Below are positions 62,339-64,000 of a DNA stretch of 64,000 nucleotides, one piece after another. The notes beneath the pieces are model-generated. The model made no database searches and was not told where the DNA came from. It saw only the letters and a program-made list of their open reading frames with translations. Position numbers and translations under genes: made by a program. The DNA comes from Octopus vulgaris (Eukaryota): assembly GCA_951406725.2 (NCBI GenBank), contig OX597815.1:74028001-74092000 (forward strand), in the 5' to 3' direction. Within the stretch, counting starts at the first letter, position 1; each line of letters opens with the position of its first letter.

Positions 62339-62774
62339 TTACATATTTGTATTAGTTTCAGTGAGGCCAAACCTTCTAATGACCAATGCTTGCCTTTACT
62401 TTCAACTCATGACGCTGTATGGTTCCCCTTTTTCAAGATTGCAGCCCTCTTTACCAATACCAAACAGGAATGCACAACATCAAAGTACAATGGAAAACAT
62501 CTCACTTTCACCAAACTCACCATCCCCATTCAATCAAAACCAACAGGGCAGTGAGAAAATGAAATATGCCAACACTGCTGCAGTATATCCTATACAATAA
62601 ATCACTGTATTTTACAATGCAGTGTGGTCTATATTTAGAGGCTACAGCATATCTAGGACACTGGGTCTAGCACTGCACCAAACCATTCAAACCCAATGGA
62701 AGAGAGCCTCTATATTAGTGGCTCTCAACCTCGGTCCATATATGATTTTGTTGTTGAAATTCATGTGCAATAAA

Positions 62775-62960
62775 TTAATTGAAGCTAGCATGCTCTACTG
62801 GATGGGTAATGTCAGTGTGCATGCATGACAGAGTGTAAATGATCTAAGAGGAAAACTGGGTATTGGAGTCATCAGATGTTGTGTGAAAGAGAGAAGACTG
62901 CACTGATTTGGTCATGTGAAACGTATGGAAGGGAACATCTGCATAAAGAAGTGCTGTGCT
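62775..62960 (+). mobile_element. RTE-clade LINE ORF 3' fragment
   Basis: EASMLYWMGNVSVHA*QSVNDLRGKLGIGVIRCCVKERRLH*FGHVKRME. Confidence 0.7.
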
Positions 62961-62964
62961 CTAA

Positions 62965-63278
62965 TTATTCTTTGTAAGCCCAGTACTTATTCTATCGGTC
63001 TCTTTTGCCGAACCGCTAAGTGACGGGGACCTAAACACACCAGCATCCGTTGTCAAGCAATGCTAGGGGGACAAACACAGACACACACACATACATATAC
63101 ATATATACATATATATGACAGGCTTCTTTCAGTTTCCGTCTACCAAATCCACTCACAAGGCATTGGTCGGCCCGGGGCTATAGCAGAAGACACTTGCCCA
63201 AGATGCCACGCAGTGGGACTGAACCCGGAACCAGGTAGTTGGTTAGCAAGCTACTTCCCACACAGCCACTCCTGCGCC
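62965..63278 (-). mobile_element. Well-preserved SINE with the same tRNA head but a different 3' body
   Basis: Head GGCGCAGGAGTGGCTGTGTGG..GGGTTCAGTCCCACTGCGTGGC; body ..cttagcggttcggcaaaagagaccgatagaataagtact; other copies ~23680-24058, 45055-45362, 59310-59648. Confidence 0.85.
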
Positions 63279-63279
63279 T

Positions 63280-63369
63280 ATATATACAAAATATTTTTAT
63301 TTTTTATACAATCCCTAATAATATGTAATTATAATACCATAGGATCTTTATATATATATATATATATAT

Positions 63370-63424
<55 letters not shown>

Positions 63425-63494
63425 CAACGAATTGGTATGAAGGTCCAATAGGAATCAAAAGGATCCATAAGCAAAAAATGGTTGAGAAACACTG
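63280..63494 (-). mobile_element. Partial copy of the same hAT MITE family with (TA)n(GA)n insertion
   Basis: Ends in aaaaaatggttgagaaacactg; internal similarity to 26714-26850 in inverted orientation. Confidence 0.65.
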
Positions 63495-63499
63495 CTTTA

Positions 63500-64000
63500 T
63501 ATATGATCGTGCGTTCTGGGAGGAATATAAGTTAAATCTCCATCATACTTGAGGGTCTTACAAACAGATGGCACACTGGATAATGTGATCCTAAATATAC
63601 TGTTTATGGAGAAGAGAGAGTACGAGTTAGTCGCAGTTAATAGGTTTTTGTTCATAAGTTTACTTGATCAGCGATGGCATGATACGAAACAATATAGAGT
63701 TATTTCCCTTGGAAGTTTATTTACAATCTTCTTCCATAGGGTGAAACTCGAAATTCGAGGTTAATAGTCATGGTCTGCGTCAGCAATCTATAGATAACAC
63801 AATAAGTTCGGTGGTATTTATAGGATAATTCAATAAGTTGAAGTACTGTGAAGAATATACAATCTAACGTTCGTGGCTTCTAACGTCCAGCGTCTGTGAC
63901 AGGGTTAAAGAGAGAAAGTGGTGTTTTCGTTTGGGCTGTTGATATAAAAAAAAATGGGAAGAAATTGAAATGCCGTTACAGACACGGTGCGGAGCAATTA
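63500..64000 (-). promoter_or_regulatory. CpG-enriched zone, probably near the STAMBP untranslated first exon / promoter
   Basis: CpG frequency rises at the window end, and STAMBP needs an upstream UTR exon; a possible donor lies near 63977. Confidence 0.35.

Noticed and set aside
63200-63278. tRNA-like A/B-box sequences (also at ~372, 2445, 14900 and elsewhere)
   Set aside because: These are SINE heads continuing into SINE bodies; no complete cloverleaf is present.

Overview
AT-rich, repeat-dense eukaryotic genomic DNA. The SINE, MITE and microsatellite content suggests a coleoid cephalopod (Octopus-like); this is inferred, not proven. I reconstructed three intron-containing genes by hand, all with phase-consistent GT-AG junctions. 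(1) CEP120, minus strand: 21 coding exons from ATG 28068 down to 2911, about 906 codons, with the C-terminal exon(s) not found and probably left of the window. (2) MRPL12, plus strand: 5 exons, 30225-42871, 207 aa, head-to-head with CEP120. (3) STAMBP/AMSH JAMM deubiquitinase, minus strand: 9 coding exons, 59977-45797, 450 aa, tail-to-tail with MRPL12. Introns contain two decayed mariner transposons, hAT, pogo-like and piggyBac-like MITEs, many tRNA-head SINEs, RTE-LINE fragments and Penelope-like element (PLE) remnants. The most notable non-coding signal is three hammerhead-ribozyme-like cores tied to PLE remnants. One lies in a 94-bp-arm palindrome with a 12-bp target-site duplication nested in a mariner. 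There are also long inverted repeats that could form dsRNA in pre-mRNA. There is no CRISPR, rRNA or true tRNA, and I cannot show a wholly new system from sequence alone.
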